Shown in pieces: positions 29,165-38,717 of a stretch of DNA of 64,000 nucleotides. The notes beneath the pieces are model-generated. The model had not been told where the DNA came from. It saw only the letters and a program-made list of their open reading frames with translations, and ran no database searches. This DNA is from Bacteriovoracia bacterium. GTDB lineage: Bacteria > Bdellovibrionota > UBA1018 > CAIPTA01. Numbering within the stretch: the first letter of the stretch is position 1; each line of letters begins with the position of its first letter. The stretch is taken from the NCBI GenBank assembly GCA_050246755.1, contig JBFWVL010000002.1, positions 192,001 through 256,000 of the forward strand, written 5' to 3'. A program made the translations under genes and the position numbers.

Positions 29165-29605
29165 ATGCGGATGCAAGTAAGGGAAATCCCCACCGAAGCC
29201 ACCTTCGACCTGCGGCACCGGGTTTTACGCCCCTCCCAGCCGATTTCGGAGTGCCAATACCCCGCGGACGGCCAGGCCGTGCATTTTGGAGTATTCGAGG
29301 AGGAACGCCTTTGTTCGGTGGTGACGGCTCATCCCGAGAATAGCCCGCTCTTTCCTTGCGAGGGCCAGTGGAGAATCCGCGGCATGGCCACCGAGCCCGG
29401 GGCACAGGGGCGTGGCTTGGGCAGTCTAGGCCTAAAAGCTTTACTCGCCTGGGCGGAGGCCCACCGAGTTTCTTTTTTTTGGTGCAATGCCCGTGAAGGG
29501 GCAATTCCCTTTTACTTGCGGCATGGATTCACGGTGGCTAGCGAGCTTTTCGATTTGCCCGGCATCGGCCCGCACAAGGTGATGTTCCGCCAGGTGGACG
29601 CATGA
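29165..29605 (+). CDS. GNAT N-acetyltransferase
   Basis: RGMAT...QGRGLG, WCNAR..A..FY...GF. Confidence 0.9.
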   Translation: MRMQVREIPTEATFDLRHRVLRPSQPISECQYPADGQAVHFGVFEEERLCSVVTAHPENSPLFPCEGQWRIRGMATEPGAQGRGLGSLGLKALLAWAEAHRVSFFWCNAREGAIPFYLRHGFTVASELFDLPGIGPHKVMFRQVDA

Positions 29606-30303
29606 AACTAAAGATTTTGAACGAGGGCAAAGGATTCGTGGCCGTGCATAAGCCAGCCGGCTTCGTGACCTACGCCGACTCCAAGGAGCAGATCGCGATC
29701 TCCGCGCAGGCACGGGCCGAGCATCAGTTGAAGAAAAAATTATTTCCCGTGCACCGGATCGATAAAGACACCTGCGGGGTTTTGGTTTTTGCGGCGAGCC
29801 CGCTTCAGGCCAAGAATTTCACGGCGCTCTTCCGCACCCGCGCCGTAAAAAAACGTTACCTCGCCGTGGTGCATGGACTTCCCGACGCCAAGGGCGTGAT
29901 CACGAAGCCGCTCGAACGCCATAAGAGCAAAGAAACGGAAGCGGCCGAGACCGAATTCCAGCGCCTGGCCACCACCGAGGTGGAGTGGGAAGGGGAGAAG
30001 CGCGCGTATTCCCTCGTGCGCTGCGAACCCCGCACTGGCCGCTACCACCAGATCCGCCGCCACCTGCGCTTCGTCGGTTGCCCGATCATCGGGGATCCGG
30101 AGCACGGAAATTCCTGGGACAACGAGCGTTTCGAGAAAAAATTTGGCGTAAAGCGCACGTTGCTCTCGGCGATTTACCTCGCCTTTCCCGATCGCGAGAA
30201 CGAACGGATGGTGAGGCTCCAGGCTAAGCCCGACGAAGATTTTCTCGCCGTGATCGAAGCCTTCGGCTGGCAGGAAGCGCTCAAGGCATCCGGTAAAGTG
30301 TAG
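29602..30303 (+). CDS. RluA/TruC family pseudouridine synthase
   Basis: HKPAG, HRIDKDTCG, TGRYHQIRRH, PIIGD. Confidence 0.92.
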   Translation: MKLKILNEGKGFVAVHKPAGFVTYADSKEQIAISAQARAEHQLKKKLFPVHRIDKDTCGVLVFAASPLQAKNFTALFRTRAVKKRYLAVVHGLPDAKGVITKPLERHKSKETEAAETEFQRLATTEVEWEGEKRAYSLVRCEPRTGRYHQIRRHLRFVGCPIIGDPEHGNSWDNERFEKKFGVKRTLLSAIYLAFPDRENERMVRLQAKPDEDFLAVIEAFGWQEALKASGKV

Positions 30304-30341
30304 CGAGATCAAAACCGGAAATTTCGTGCGATACTTAGGGC

Positions 30342-31523
30342 ATGAAATACCTTTTGCTCCTGCTCCTCTCTCTTTCCGCCCACGCATTTTCTCCGGTGAA
30401 AGAAGAAGCCCTATACCGGAATTTTTACCGAGAATTTTTTGAGCTTCCGGGCTTCTCGGTTTTCCCCAAAAACGAAGAGCAAAAACTCGCCCTCGACGCC
30501 ATCGAGGATGCACTCGAAAACGGCGCGCCTTCCCTCAAGCTGCGCCAGTGGTTCACACCCGAGCAAGTTTCTTCCCTGGGGGCCCACGAGCAGATTCGCC
30601 TGTTCCGCCTGAAAGCCGCGCGTGGGCTGGCCACGCCCAACGAGGAGCTACTGGCGCTTTCGGGCGCGAAGCAGCGCATGGACAATTTCGTGATGAGCGA
30701 GCTTTCCCGCATCCGGCCTTTCCTGAAATCCCCGGCGGCGCAGCAGATGTTGGCGGAGATGCCCGTGCCCGTAAAGGCCGCCAAGCGTTTCGTGGCTCCG
30801 GGTGTGGCCGAGGTGAAGGCACTGTTCTCCCAGCCCCCCGCCTTCGATACCTTCCTGGACGGGCGTTATGCCGCCACGCCGCGGATCTTCGTGTTCTGCC
30901 GGCACGATCATAACTATCCTTGCCTGCTTGCGATGCGCGATGCGCACAACGAAGTGGTGAGGGAGAACGGAAAAATCTGGTTGCAGCCGGCGCTCGGCCT
31001 CAGCAACCGCGGCCTGCCTTTCGACCAGCGTAACGGGAATACCCCGCAGGGCGCGCAGCTCGTGGACGGCGTGATGCCCGAAGCCGATATGCCTTTTTAC
31101 TACGGGCGTTTTCGCCGCTTGATTTTAACTTTCGCCCCGGCCTCGAAGAACGAAGCGGAGCAAAAGAAACTATTTCCTGCGTCGTCGCATAATTCCGATT
31201 GGTGGCGAGAGGCCGTGATCGCGCGCGATCTGGGACGTAACCTCCTGCGCATTCACGGGGTGGGGGAAATTTCCAAGGAAACCGGCAAGCCCTACTATCC
31301 CTTCATTCCCACGATCGGCTGCTTAGCGCAGCGGGAAGGAAAGTACGGAGCCGCGGACTATACCGACCAGCGCAAGCTCCTCGACCGCTGGATGAATGCC
31401 ATGGGGCTTGAGGCGAAATTCGAGAACGAGCCCTTGATCCGCGGGATCATGTACGTGATCGAGATCGATGATAAAAAATCGGCGGTGAATGCCGAAGACC
31501 TCAAGCTTTTTGGGATACGCTAA
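30342..31523 (+). CDS. Secreted protein with an L,D-transpeptidase-like (YkuD) catalytic motif
   Basis: Signal peptide; GNTPQG, LRIHG and TIGC match the TPxG...HG...SxGC pattern. Confidence 0.6.
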   Translation: MKYLLLLLLSLSAHAFSPVKEEALYRNFYREFFELPGFSVFPKNEEQKLALDAIEDALENGAPSLKLRQWFTPEQVSSLGAHEQIRLFRLKAARGLATPNEELLALSGAKQRMDNFVMSELSRIRPFLKSPAAQQMLAEMPVPVKAAKRFVAPGVAEVKALFSQPPAFDTFLDGRYAATPRIFVFCRHDHNYPCLLAMRDAHNEVVRENGKIWLQPALGLSNRGLPFDQRNGNTPQGAQLVDGVMPEADMPFYYGRFRRLILTFAPASKNEAEQKKLFPASSHNSDWWREAVIARDLGRNLLRIHGVGEISKETGKPYYPFIPTIGCLAQREGKYGAADYTDQRKLLDRWMNAMGLEAKFENEPLIRGIMYVIEIDDKKSAVNAEDLKLFGIR

Positions 31524-33201
31524 CGACCGCGCGCACTTTCGGCGCCCAGCGCAGGGCTTCGCGGGCGCAGGTCTCGAGGGCGGGGCAAGCCCAGTTATCC
31601 TGCTGCACGAAAAATACTCGCTCGCGAAACGGTTTTTGGATGGCGGGCAATACTCCGCCCCGGTAGATGCCGGGGCTGGCAATGGGCAGGGGGTGGCCCC
31701 AGCGCGCGATCCGGATTTCGGCCAAGTCCTTCAGATCGTAGCCCAGCGCGGGCAGGACCTCTTTCTCTAGCTGCACGCGAAATTCCTGCTCGAAGCGCGC
31801 GTGGCTATCGGGCGAAAATATTTCGGCTCTTCCCTCTGGAAAGGGAAGGGGGCGATAGAGCGTGAGCACGGTGGGGTTCTTTTTCTGATTGGCGAAATTG
31901 GCCGATACCACATCCGTGGCGCCGCGGGCGGCGGCGGCCGTGCGGATATTCTCCGAGGCGAGGGCGCCTTCGCCGATCATGAAGATATCGTAGTGAGGAT
32001 GCCGGAGCGGGGAGTTTAGGAGCGCGTTCGCCACGAGGTAGGGCTGGTAGCGCAATGCTTCGATCGCGGCCACGCGTTTGGGCTCGAGGTTCGGGATGAT
32101 TTTCTTAGCCACAAATTTCGGGCAAGCCATCACCACGGCCCGGGCTTTGATCCGGCGCAATTTTCTATTTTCGTCTTCGTAGGTAACGAAAGAATGCTTT
32201 CCTTTTACTTCCACGTCGAGCACCACGCTCGAAGGCCGGAGGTTCTGCGGGATTTCTTTATGCAGGGCTGCGAGGAAGCGCTCGGCCACGCCGGCGTTTC
32301 CGCCCGGGGTCACGAGCACATCGGCAAATTCGCCGCCGAAGAAGCAAACGCCGAGGGCCGCGCTCGTTTCCCGCATGCTGCTTCCCATGCCGGACCAGCA
32401 ATAATCTTCCAGTAGGGACCGCAGGTGGGAATGCAGGGGAGCGCCCAGCTCTTTTTCCACGAATTCGAGGAAGTTATATTTATCCAGTTCCCGTACGGCC
32501 CGCTTCTCGGGCTCGTTGGTGTAAGGAATCACCGGATAGATCCGGCCATTTTGGCTGAGGCCGAAATCGTGAAAAAGCTGCGCGAACTTTTTAAACTGGG
32601 CGCGCGCTGCCGGATCCGTATCGCCTTCCAGGAATTTTGGAAATACTTTCCCGCGGTACAGGATTGGGTCCGCTTCTTTTTTGATGGTGGCAATGTCGTA
32701 TACACCCACTTCGCGGAAAAGCGCGTGGAGCGGCGTGCCCGGTTCGGCCGACATGAAATAGGCCGCGCCGATGCCGTAGTCCACGCCCCGCCAGGATTCT
32801 CCGCGCGCGTTTCCGCCGAAACGTTCGCCCCGTTCTAGCAGAATGGGTTTAAGGTCCCGGAGCAGGTAAGCCGAAATGATCCCGCTCATCCCTCCGCCCA
32901 CGATCACCACCGGCGCTTCCTCCGAAACCTCCGGCAGCCCTCCCGCTTTTTCCAGGTAGGCGGGCTTATCCCAGAGGATGCCGTGCGCGCGGTCGGGATT
33001 GTCGCCCGAGTAATTCGTGGCGGGCTTGGCGTAATGGCGATCAATCGGAGAAATCGCCGCGAAACGCAGTTCCGTAGTTTCCACCGGGAGGGAGGAAGGC
33101 GGAGCCATTCTATGCGCGCAGCTCCAGAGCGAAGGAAGCGAGGCCGCTACGGCGCCGATTCCGATCCAGCGCAGGGCTTCGCGGCGAGAAATATTTTTCA
33201 T
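31501..33201 (-). CDS. Tat-exported FAD-dependent amine oxidase-like oxidoreductase
   Basis: SRREAL twin-arginine signal; VIVGGGMSG, GG.A, GAAYF, RWGH. Confidence 0.85.
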   Translation of the reverse strand: MKNISRREALRWIGIGAVAASLPSLWSCAHRMAPPSSLPVETTELRFAAISPIDRHYAKPATNYSGDNPDRAHGILWDKPAYLEKAGGLPEVSEEAPVVIVGGGMSGIISAYLLRDLKPILLERGERFGGNARGESWRGVDYGIGAAYFMSAEPGTPLHALFREVGVYDIATIKKEADPILYRGKVFPKFLEGDTDPAARAQFKKFAQLFHDFGLSQNGRIYPVIPYTNEPEKRAVRELDKYNFLEFVEKELGAPLHSHLRSLLEDYCWSGMGSSMRETSAALGVCFFGGEFADVLVTPGGNAGVAERFLAALHKEIPQNLRPSSVVLDVEVKGKHSFVTYEDENRKLRRIKARAVVMACPKFVAKKIIPNLEPKRVAAIEALRYQPYLVANALLNSPLRHPHYDIFMIGEGALASENIRTAAAARGATDVVSANFANQKKNPTVLTLYRPLPFPEGRAEIFSPDSHARFEQEFRVQLEKEVLPALGYDLKDLAEIRIARWGHPLPIASPGIYRGGVLPAIQKPFRERVFFVQQDNWACPALETCAREALRWAPKVRAVVSVSQKA

Positions 33202-33234
33202 GGCTCGAGTATAGCGGGAGGCAAATTAAGAAAG

Positions 33235-33774
33235 CTAGCTGCGCTGCGGGAGGAGGGCGCTGATGCGGAGCGGGATCCGGTGGGTGGATTTTCCGTGCGC
33301 CCGCTGATTAAGAAGGGAAAGCAGCACGTTCACTGTGTCGAGATTGAGCACGTAAGCCACTGGCAGCTCGCTGAGGGCGGTTTGCCGGAAATTCAAGGGG
33401 CAAACGTCGCGCACTTTTTGGTCTTCCTTTACACTCACCTGAAGCGGCACGCCGTGACTGCGGCAAACGAGGGGCCGTGCTTCGTAGATCGCACACTCTC
33501 CCCCCGCGGTCAGCAAAGCGCAGCGTTTTCCCTGGTGAGGATCCTCGGCTTCGGCCATCTCGGCAGCGGCCAGAGACTCGGGGGACCGGGCGAGAAATTC
33601 CCGGATCGCGCCCGCTTCGAGCTCGCTCACGCTCAAGCCGGGCTTGCAGCAGGAATGGCAGCCCGGCGCGCAGGCCATCTCGGCGCGGTAGGCGCTATGG
33701 ATCTCGTTGAATTTATCGTCCACGCGGCCCCTCAGCTCGAGGTATTGGCGCAGGTTTTCGGGATTTTCGCTCAT
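33235..33774 (-). CDS. YkgJ family Cys-cluster (Zn/Fe) protein
   Basis: CAPGCHSCC...CALL...CAIYEARPLVCR. Confidence 0.9.
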   Translation of the reverse strand: MSENPENLRQYLELRGRVDDKFNEIHSAYRAEMACAPGCHSCCKPGLSVSELEAGAIREFLARSPESLAAAEMAEAEDPHQGKRCALLTAGGECAIYEARPLVCRSHGVPLQVSVKEDQKVRDVCPLNFRQTALSELPVAYVLNLDTVNVLLSLLNQRAHGKSTHRIPLRISALLPQRS

Positions 33775-34184
33775 GCCTGCGCGTTGAGGCCAGGGCCGGC
33801 GGAGGGCGCGTCGTCTTTTTGCACGAGACTGAAGAGCGGCACGTCCACTTCGAAGAGCTCGCCGTTGTCGCGCATCATTTTATAGGAGCCACGCATACTG
33901 CCGAAGGGCGTGGGCAGCGGGCAAAAACTATCGTAGGTAAAGCTCTCGCCCGGCTTGAGGCGGGGCTGCTTGCCGATCACACCGGGGCCTTTTACTTCTT
34001 CCATGCGGCCGAGCGCGTCGGTGATCGTCCAGTGGCGGTGGAGGAGCTGCACGGGCTCGGGGTTCTCGTTCGAGATGGTGATCTCGTAGCCAAATAAATA
34101 TTGATTAAGGGCCGGCACGCTTTTTTCGGCGATGTAGTAGGTGGCCACTTCAATGCGTACACCGTTGGTCGTTTTCGATCTCAT
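33771..34184 (-). CDS. apaG: ApaG
   Basis: QLLHRHWTITD, GPGVIGKQP, GSMRGSY. Confidence 0.95.
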   Translation of the reverse strand: MRSKTTNGVRIEVATYYIAEKSVPALNQYLFGYEITISNENPEPVQLLHRHWTITDALGRMEEVKGPGVIGKQPRLKPGESFTYDSFCPLPTPFGSMRGSYKMMRDNGELFEVDVPLFSLVQKDDAPSAGPGLNAQA

Positions 34185-35122
34185 GCTTTTTTTCCGCCTT
34201 TTTTGACCATCTTCTTCGTCTTTTGGGGCGCTTTTTTCTTGGGCTTCCCGCCCTTAGCAGTACCGCTTTGGATAATATAAGTTTTTCCGCAATATTCACA
34301 GCGGATATTCGTCGCTTTACCCTCCTGGAATGATCCTTCTTTTTTCTCCTGCGCTTCCAGGAGCGCCAGGGCGCGTTCCGCGCGATCCGTGGAGCATTTA
34401 CACGCAAATTTCACGCGCTGGTTCATCACGAGCTTGGGATTTTCTTCGCCGCATATTAGCCGCAGCATATCGAGGGGCACGCATTCGGGCCGCAGTAGCC
34501 AACGCGAAATGGGTCCGAGCGCTTGCATCTGGCGATCCCAACGCAGGAGCGCTTCATTTAATTTTGCTTCCGTGGGCTGCGGCAGCACGTGGATCAAGTA
34601 GGCGAGCGCGGAGCTTACCTTGAATTTCGATTTATCTTTTTCGTCCCAATTGATCACCACCGAAAGATTGATGCCGCAATTTTTTTGTTCCGACTGTTCG
34701 AGAAATTCCACGAGATCGGCGCCCACTTGGCCGGTGGCATTCACCACGCTGGTGCGTCCCACGGCGCCGTGCGCGCGCCGCACTTGCAAAATTCCTTCGC
34801 CGAGGCCGGTTTCGTAGTCGGCCACGGGCGGCTGGGGATGCTGGATCGTGCCGCGGACTTCGCCGTAGTTGCGGGCCTCTGCGTATAGATGCCCGAAGGG
34901 GCCCGCGCAATTCCACTGCAGAGAAAGAGTTTCGCCGTCTTCGCTATCGGAGAGCGCCTGGAGAAGTACCGACGCCATCATCGCCTGGCCGAGGTGCTTG
35001 GTGGCGGGCGGCCAGCAATCGATGCGCTCCATGGATTCCTGCACAAGCGAAGTGGCGTCGAGGGCATATACGACCACCTCTTGGTTTTCGCTGATGGCCT
35101 TTAAGAGTGAGTCGTTATTCAT
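34181..35122 (-). CDS. hslO: Hsp33 redox-regulated chaperone
   Basis: GEVRG, SEQ, C-terminal CKCS and CEYC; Lys-rich tail. Confidence 0.85.
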   Translation of the reverse strand: MNNDSLLKAISENQEVVVYALDATSLVQESMERIDCWPPATKHLGQAMMASVLLQALSDSEDGETLSLQWNCAGPFGHLYAEARNYGEVRGTIQHPQPPVADYETGLGEGILQVRRAHGAVGRTSVVNATGQVGADLVEFLEQSEQKNCGINLSVVINWDEKDKSKFKVSSALAYLIHVLPQPTEAKLNEALLRWDRQMQALGPISRWLLRPECVPLDMLRLICGEENPKLVMNQRVKFACKCSTDRAERALALLEAQEKKEGSFQEGKATNIRCEYCGKTYIIQSGTAKGGKPKKKAPQKTKKMVKKGGKKA

Positions 35123-37002
35123 TGCAGTGCGCCTGCGATTAATTTAGCAGGAATTTTTGTTTTTGGCACTTTGAGCGGAAACCAGTCGCGCACGTCGCGC
35201 TCGAGGCCTTCCGCGTGCATGAAATTATAGAGCGCGCGCTTGAGTCCTTCGCCCAGGGAATCGTGGTCCACGTGCAGCGGATCTTCGAAGGGGATATCGT
35301 TCTCGGAAAAGCGCCCATGCCGCGCATAAAGGGAGGGCGGCGTTTCGAGGAGGCGGATCCCGTATTTCTGGGGATTTTTCCCGATCGGGCTGTGCACGGT
35401 GGCGGCGAAGCGGTGCCAGAAGGCGCTTTGCAGGCAGCCGAGCGAAAAAAGTTGCCGCACCACTTCGAGGCTGTCGACGGTTTCCTGCACCGTTTCGGTA
35501 GGGAATCCGTACATCAGATAGGCATGCACGAAAATCCCGCTGTCCTGAAAGGCTCGGGTCACCTTCGCCACCTGCTCGATCGTGACGCCTTTTTCGATGA
35601 GGGTAAGGAGGCGCGCGGAGGCCACTTCGAGCCCCCCCGTGACGGCGATGCAGCCCGCGCGCTTCATCAGCTGCGTGAGCTCGGGCGTGAAGGCCTTATC
35701 GAAGCGCACGTTCCCCCACCATTCGAATTTTAGATTTCTTCGCAGCAGCTCTTCCGCGAGGGCCCGCAGGATGGCGGGCGGGGCAGCTTCGTCCACGAAG
35801 TGAAAGCCGGTGGCGCCCGTTTCCCGGGAGATTTTTTCCATTTTATCCACGAGGCGCGCGGCCTTTTCGGTTTCATAGCGTCCGATATAGTCGAGCGAGG
35901 TATCGCAGAAGGAACAGCGTCTCCAGTAGCAGCCGTGGGCGAGGGTGAGTTTATTCCAGAAAAATCCGCTCCAGAGCCTCGTCATCGGATTCAGCATTTC
36001 GTACATGCGGATATAGTTTTTTATGGGGAGGCCTTCGTAGGAGGGCGTGCCGGTTTCGCGGAACGGTAAATCGCGCTCGGCGGGATTCACGGCATAGTGC
36101 ACTTTGCCTTGGGCGCGATAGTAGGTACGGAAGAGATCTTCTTTTTTTCGCTGGCCCCGCAGGCATTCGATCAGGCAGAGCAGGGGGCGCTCCCCATCGT
36201 CGATCGTGATGAAATCCACGTAGTCGAACACGCGGGGATCTTCGAGGCGGCGTAGCTCGGTATTGGGGTAGCCTCCCCCGAGCGCCACGGGAATATTTCT
36301 GGCTTTCGCCGCTTGGCCCATGCGCAAGGCTCCGTAGACGGTGCCGGCAAAGGGCGCCGAAAGGCAGAAGAGATCGGGTTTCTCTTTGTCGAGCCACTCT
36401 TCGGTGATCTCGAGGAGGATTTTATCTACCAGCGTGGGCGCCCGCTCCAGTTCGGCGCGCAAGGCCTCGAAGCTCGGCTGGGAGGCCGCAAGTTTTTCGC
36501 CGTAGCGGGAGAACTGAAACTGGGGGTCGATTCCGAGCTTCACGTAGTCGGCGAGGTCATCGAGGTAGAGGGAGGCGAGGTGCTGCGCCTTATCGGCTTC
36601 GGGGAGCGCCTCGAATTGATCGAGGAGAATCCCGCCCTCATGGAGTCCGGCAAAGCGCGGGCCTTCGGGCAGGAGATCGCGCGCCGCTATTTTCTTTTGC
36701 GCACCGGGATTTTTTCCCTGCAGGTACCTTACCGCTTCTTCCACGGTGGCGAGGTAATCCTCGAAGGCCTCGGCGAAGAATGCCAATTCGGGCGCGAGGT
36801 GCTTTTTCGGTAGCGCGGCCCGGATCCGCGAAAGCCCCTTTTGGCAAAAAAGCCTGAGAATCAGCTCTAACGCGGGATCGGCCTGGGTGGCCTTTACCTC
36901 ACCGCCGGGAAACTGTTCGTCGAGAAAGCCCTTGAGGTAGGCCGTGGCGGGGTAGGGCGTATTGATTTGCACCATGGGAGCGGTGCAGAGGAAAAGTTTC
37001 AT
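35119..37002 (-). CDS. B12-binding-domain radical SAM protein
   Basis: QINTPYPATAYL; CYWRRCSFCD cluster motif; FHFVDEA; HAYLMYGFP. Confidence 0.9.
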   Translation of the reverse strand: MKLFLCTAPMVQINTPYPATAYLKGFLDEQFPGGEVKATQADPALELILRLFCQKGLSRIRAALPKKHLAPELAFFAEAFEDYLATVEEAVRYLQGKNPGAQKKIAARDLLPEGPRFAGLHEGGILLDQFEALPEADKAQHLASLYLDDLADYVKLGIDPQFQFSRYGEKLAASQPSFEALRAELERAPTLVDKILLEITEEWLDKEKPDLFCLSAPFAGTVYGALRMGQAAKARNIPVALGGGYPNTELRRLEDPRVFDYVDFITIDDGERPLLCLIECLRGQRKKEDLFRTYYRAQGKVHYAVNPAERDLPFRETGTPSYEGLPIKNYIRMYEMLNPMTRLWSGFFWNKLTLAHGCYWRRCSFCDTSLDYIGRYETEKAARLVDKMEKISRETGATGFHFVDEAAPPAILRALAEELLRRNLKFEWWGNVRFDKAFTPELTQLMKRAGCIAVTGGLEVASARLLTLIEKGVTIEQVAKVTRAFQDSGIFVHAYLMYGFPTETVQETVDSLEVVRQLFSLGCLQSAFWHRFAATVHSPIGKNPQKYGIRLLETPPSLYARHGRFSENDIPFEDPLHVDHDSLGEGLKRALYNFMHAEGLERDVRDWFPLKVPKTKIPAKLIAGALQ

Positions 37003-37181
37003 GACGCAACTTGTCTATCACGAGAGTTTTACTAGTTGGTATACTTGATTGTTGTTTTCGCAGAGATTCTCGCCTGAATTCGCGCGGGTTCAGGCGAGTG
37101 GTATTAATCCGAAACCATTTTAGAAATTCTCGAATAACTATCGGGCTTTACGATGGTCCATACACAATCAAGTAGACCAGG

Positions 37182-38300
37182 TCAGAGTTTTAGAAAGTTC
37201 AAAGCCTTCTTCGACCAGCTCGCGGCGAAGGACTCTGCACTAGCTCGCTGGATCTCGGCCAAGACGCCTTTTCCCAGCGCTTTACCGGCCTTAGCGGGCA
37301 GATAGCTCTGCAATACCTTTGCCCCGCCCGGGAAATTTTCCTGCAAACCGGCGAGGGCCCGCGCATAGCCATAGAGGGGGATCTTAGGAGACGAAAGCTT
37401 GGCGAAGCCCTCGAGTAGCGCCTCGGCCACTTCGGCCTTTTCCTCTCCACTAAGCAAGGAGTGCCGGGCGATGGCGGCTCCCCAGGCATCGAAAAAAGGC
37501 CCTACCGGCAATAAAAAATCCCGGCTGCGGCGCAGGCATTTGGGCTTTCGCAGGGGATAGTGGCGGTGGTTCTCGGGTGCCATAAAGGCTTTGTTTAAGG
37601 TTCCGGCCTCGACTAGGGTTTCCTGGGCCGGGCCAAAATCGGCGTGCTTCTCGTGGCCCAGCTTATACACGCGAAGGCGGAGAGGATCATTCGGGGGAAG
37701 CTCCCATTGGTCGATCACGCGATCCAAATCCCCGAGGTTATGCGCGATCAGGGTGCAGCACTTGAGGAGCTCCACGCCCTTACGCTGTTTTTTCAAGGAA
37801 TCGAAAATCTTGGCCTCGAGCAGCAGTTCCTCCACGATTTTTTCCACGAAGGCGGCGGCGATTTCAGGATTGCGGTTTCGGTGCGAGGCGTAGGCGCCAG
37901 CCGCCACGCTGAACCACTCTCCCTGGTGCCCGGAAACGTAGGCTCCTTCCGCCTCGGCGAGGCGAGTGGTTACCGGGCGAAAATCCCAGTTCCGCGATTC
38001 GAGCGTGAGCGCCGCCATTTTCTCCGTGATCTCGAGCGGCAGGCTCTCGTCCCAGAGGTGTTTGCGGATTTGGTTATCCACGTCGGTGGGAACGAAGGTG
38101 GCCACGGTGCCGTAGTGGGCGCAGAGGCAGAGGCGGAAGTACTCGAGGTGGTTGAGCGGGGCAGAGGTATCCGTGCGCACCGCGCTCAGGGTTTGCACAT
38201 AGGGCAAAGACCCAAACTCAGGGGTAAAAAGGAAGGCGGCGGTATTTTCCACGAGAGAGAGGAGAGCGGCGGGCTCGATCCCGCGCCGGGGAGCGTTCAC
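37182..38300 (-). CDS. Hypothetical protein
   Basis: GTG start just after the ferredoxin stop with AAGGA SD; motifs HYGTVATFVPTDVD, SGHQGEWF, IAHNLGDLDR, ENHRH. Confidence 0.75.
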   Translation of the reverse strand: MNAPRRGIEPAALLSLVENTAAFLFTPEFGSLPYVQTLSAVRTDTSAPLNHLEYFRLCLCAHYGTVATFVPTDVDNQIRKHLWDESLPLEITEKMAALTLESRNWDFRPVTTRLAEAEGAYVSGHQGEWFSVAAGAYASHRNRNPEIAAAFVEKIVEELLLEAKIFDSLKKQRKGVELLKCCTLIAHNLGDLDRVIDQWELPPNDPLRLRVYKLGHEKHADFGPAQETLVEAGTLNKAFMAPENHRHYPLRKPKCLRRSRDFLLPVGPFFDAWGAAIARHSLLSGEEKAEVAEALLEGFAKLSSPKIPLYGYARALAGLQENFPGGAKVLQSYLPAKAGKALGKGVLAEIQRASAESFAASWSKKALNFLKL

Positions 38301-38302
38301 GG

Positions 38303-38602
38303 TTATTCCTTCCGAATGGCTTTTTCCACCGCATCCACGAGTGTGTCCACGTCGTCTTTTTTGAGGTCCAGGAACCATTCACCTTTAGGATAGAGCACCG
38401 CCGCGATTCCGCGCTCGCACTGGTCCAAACAGCCTGCGCTATTGATCCTCACGCTGCCCTTGGGAAATCCCTTCGCTTTGCAAGCGTCCTTCACGCGTTC
38501 CCGTAGCTTTTCGGCTCCCTTGGGGCAGCAGCTTTCGCGTTTGCCATTGGGGCCCCGATCGTTGGTGCAAATGAACAGGTGGGCGGTGAATTTGGGTTCC
38601 AT
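38303..38602 (-). CDS. Thioredoxin-like [2Fe-2S] ferredoxin
   Basis: HLFICTN.R...CC, RINSAGCLDQC, VLYP.G.W. Confidence 0.9.
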   Translation of the reverse strand: MEPKFTAHLFICTNDRGPNGKRESCCPKGAEKLRERVKDACKAKGFPKGSVRINSAGCLDQCERGIAAVLYPKGEWFLDLKKDDVDTLVDAVEKAIRKE

Positions 38603-38717
38603 TAGGCGGAGACTAGCATGGCTCCCGGCTCCTCGTGAGGGGAGGAAGAAAAAAGAGGTGGTTTTTCGGGGCACAAATGCCCATAATTTTTAAAGCCACA
38701 CGGGCGCGGGGGTTTTC

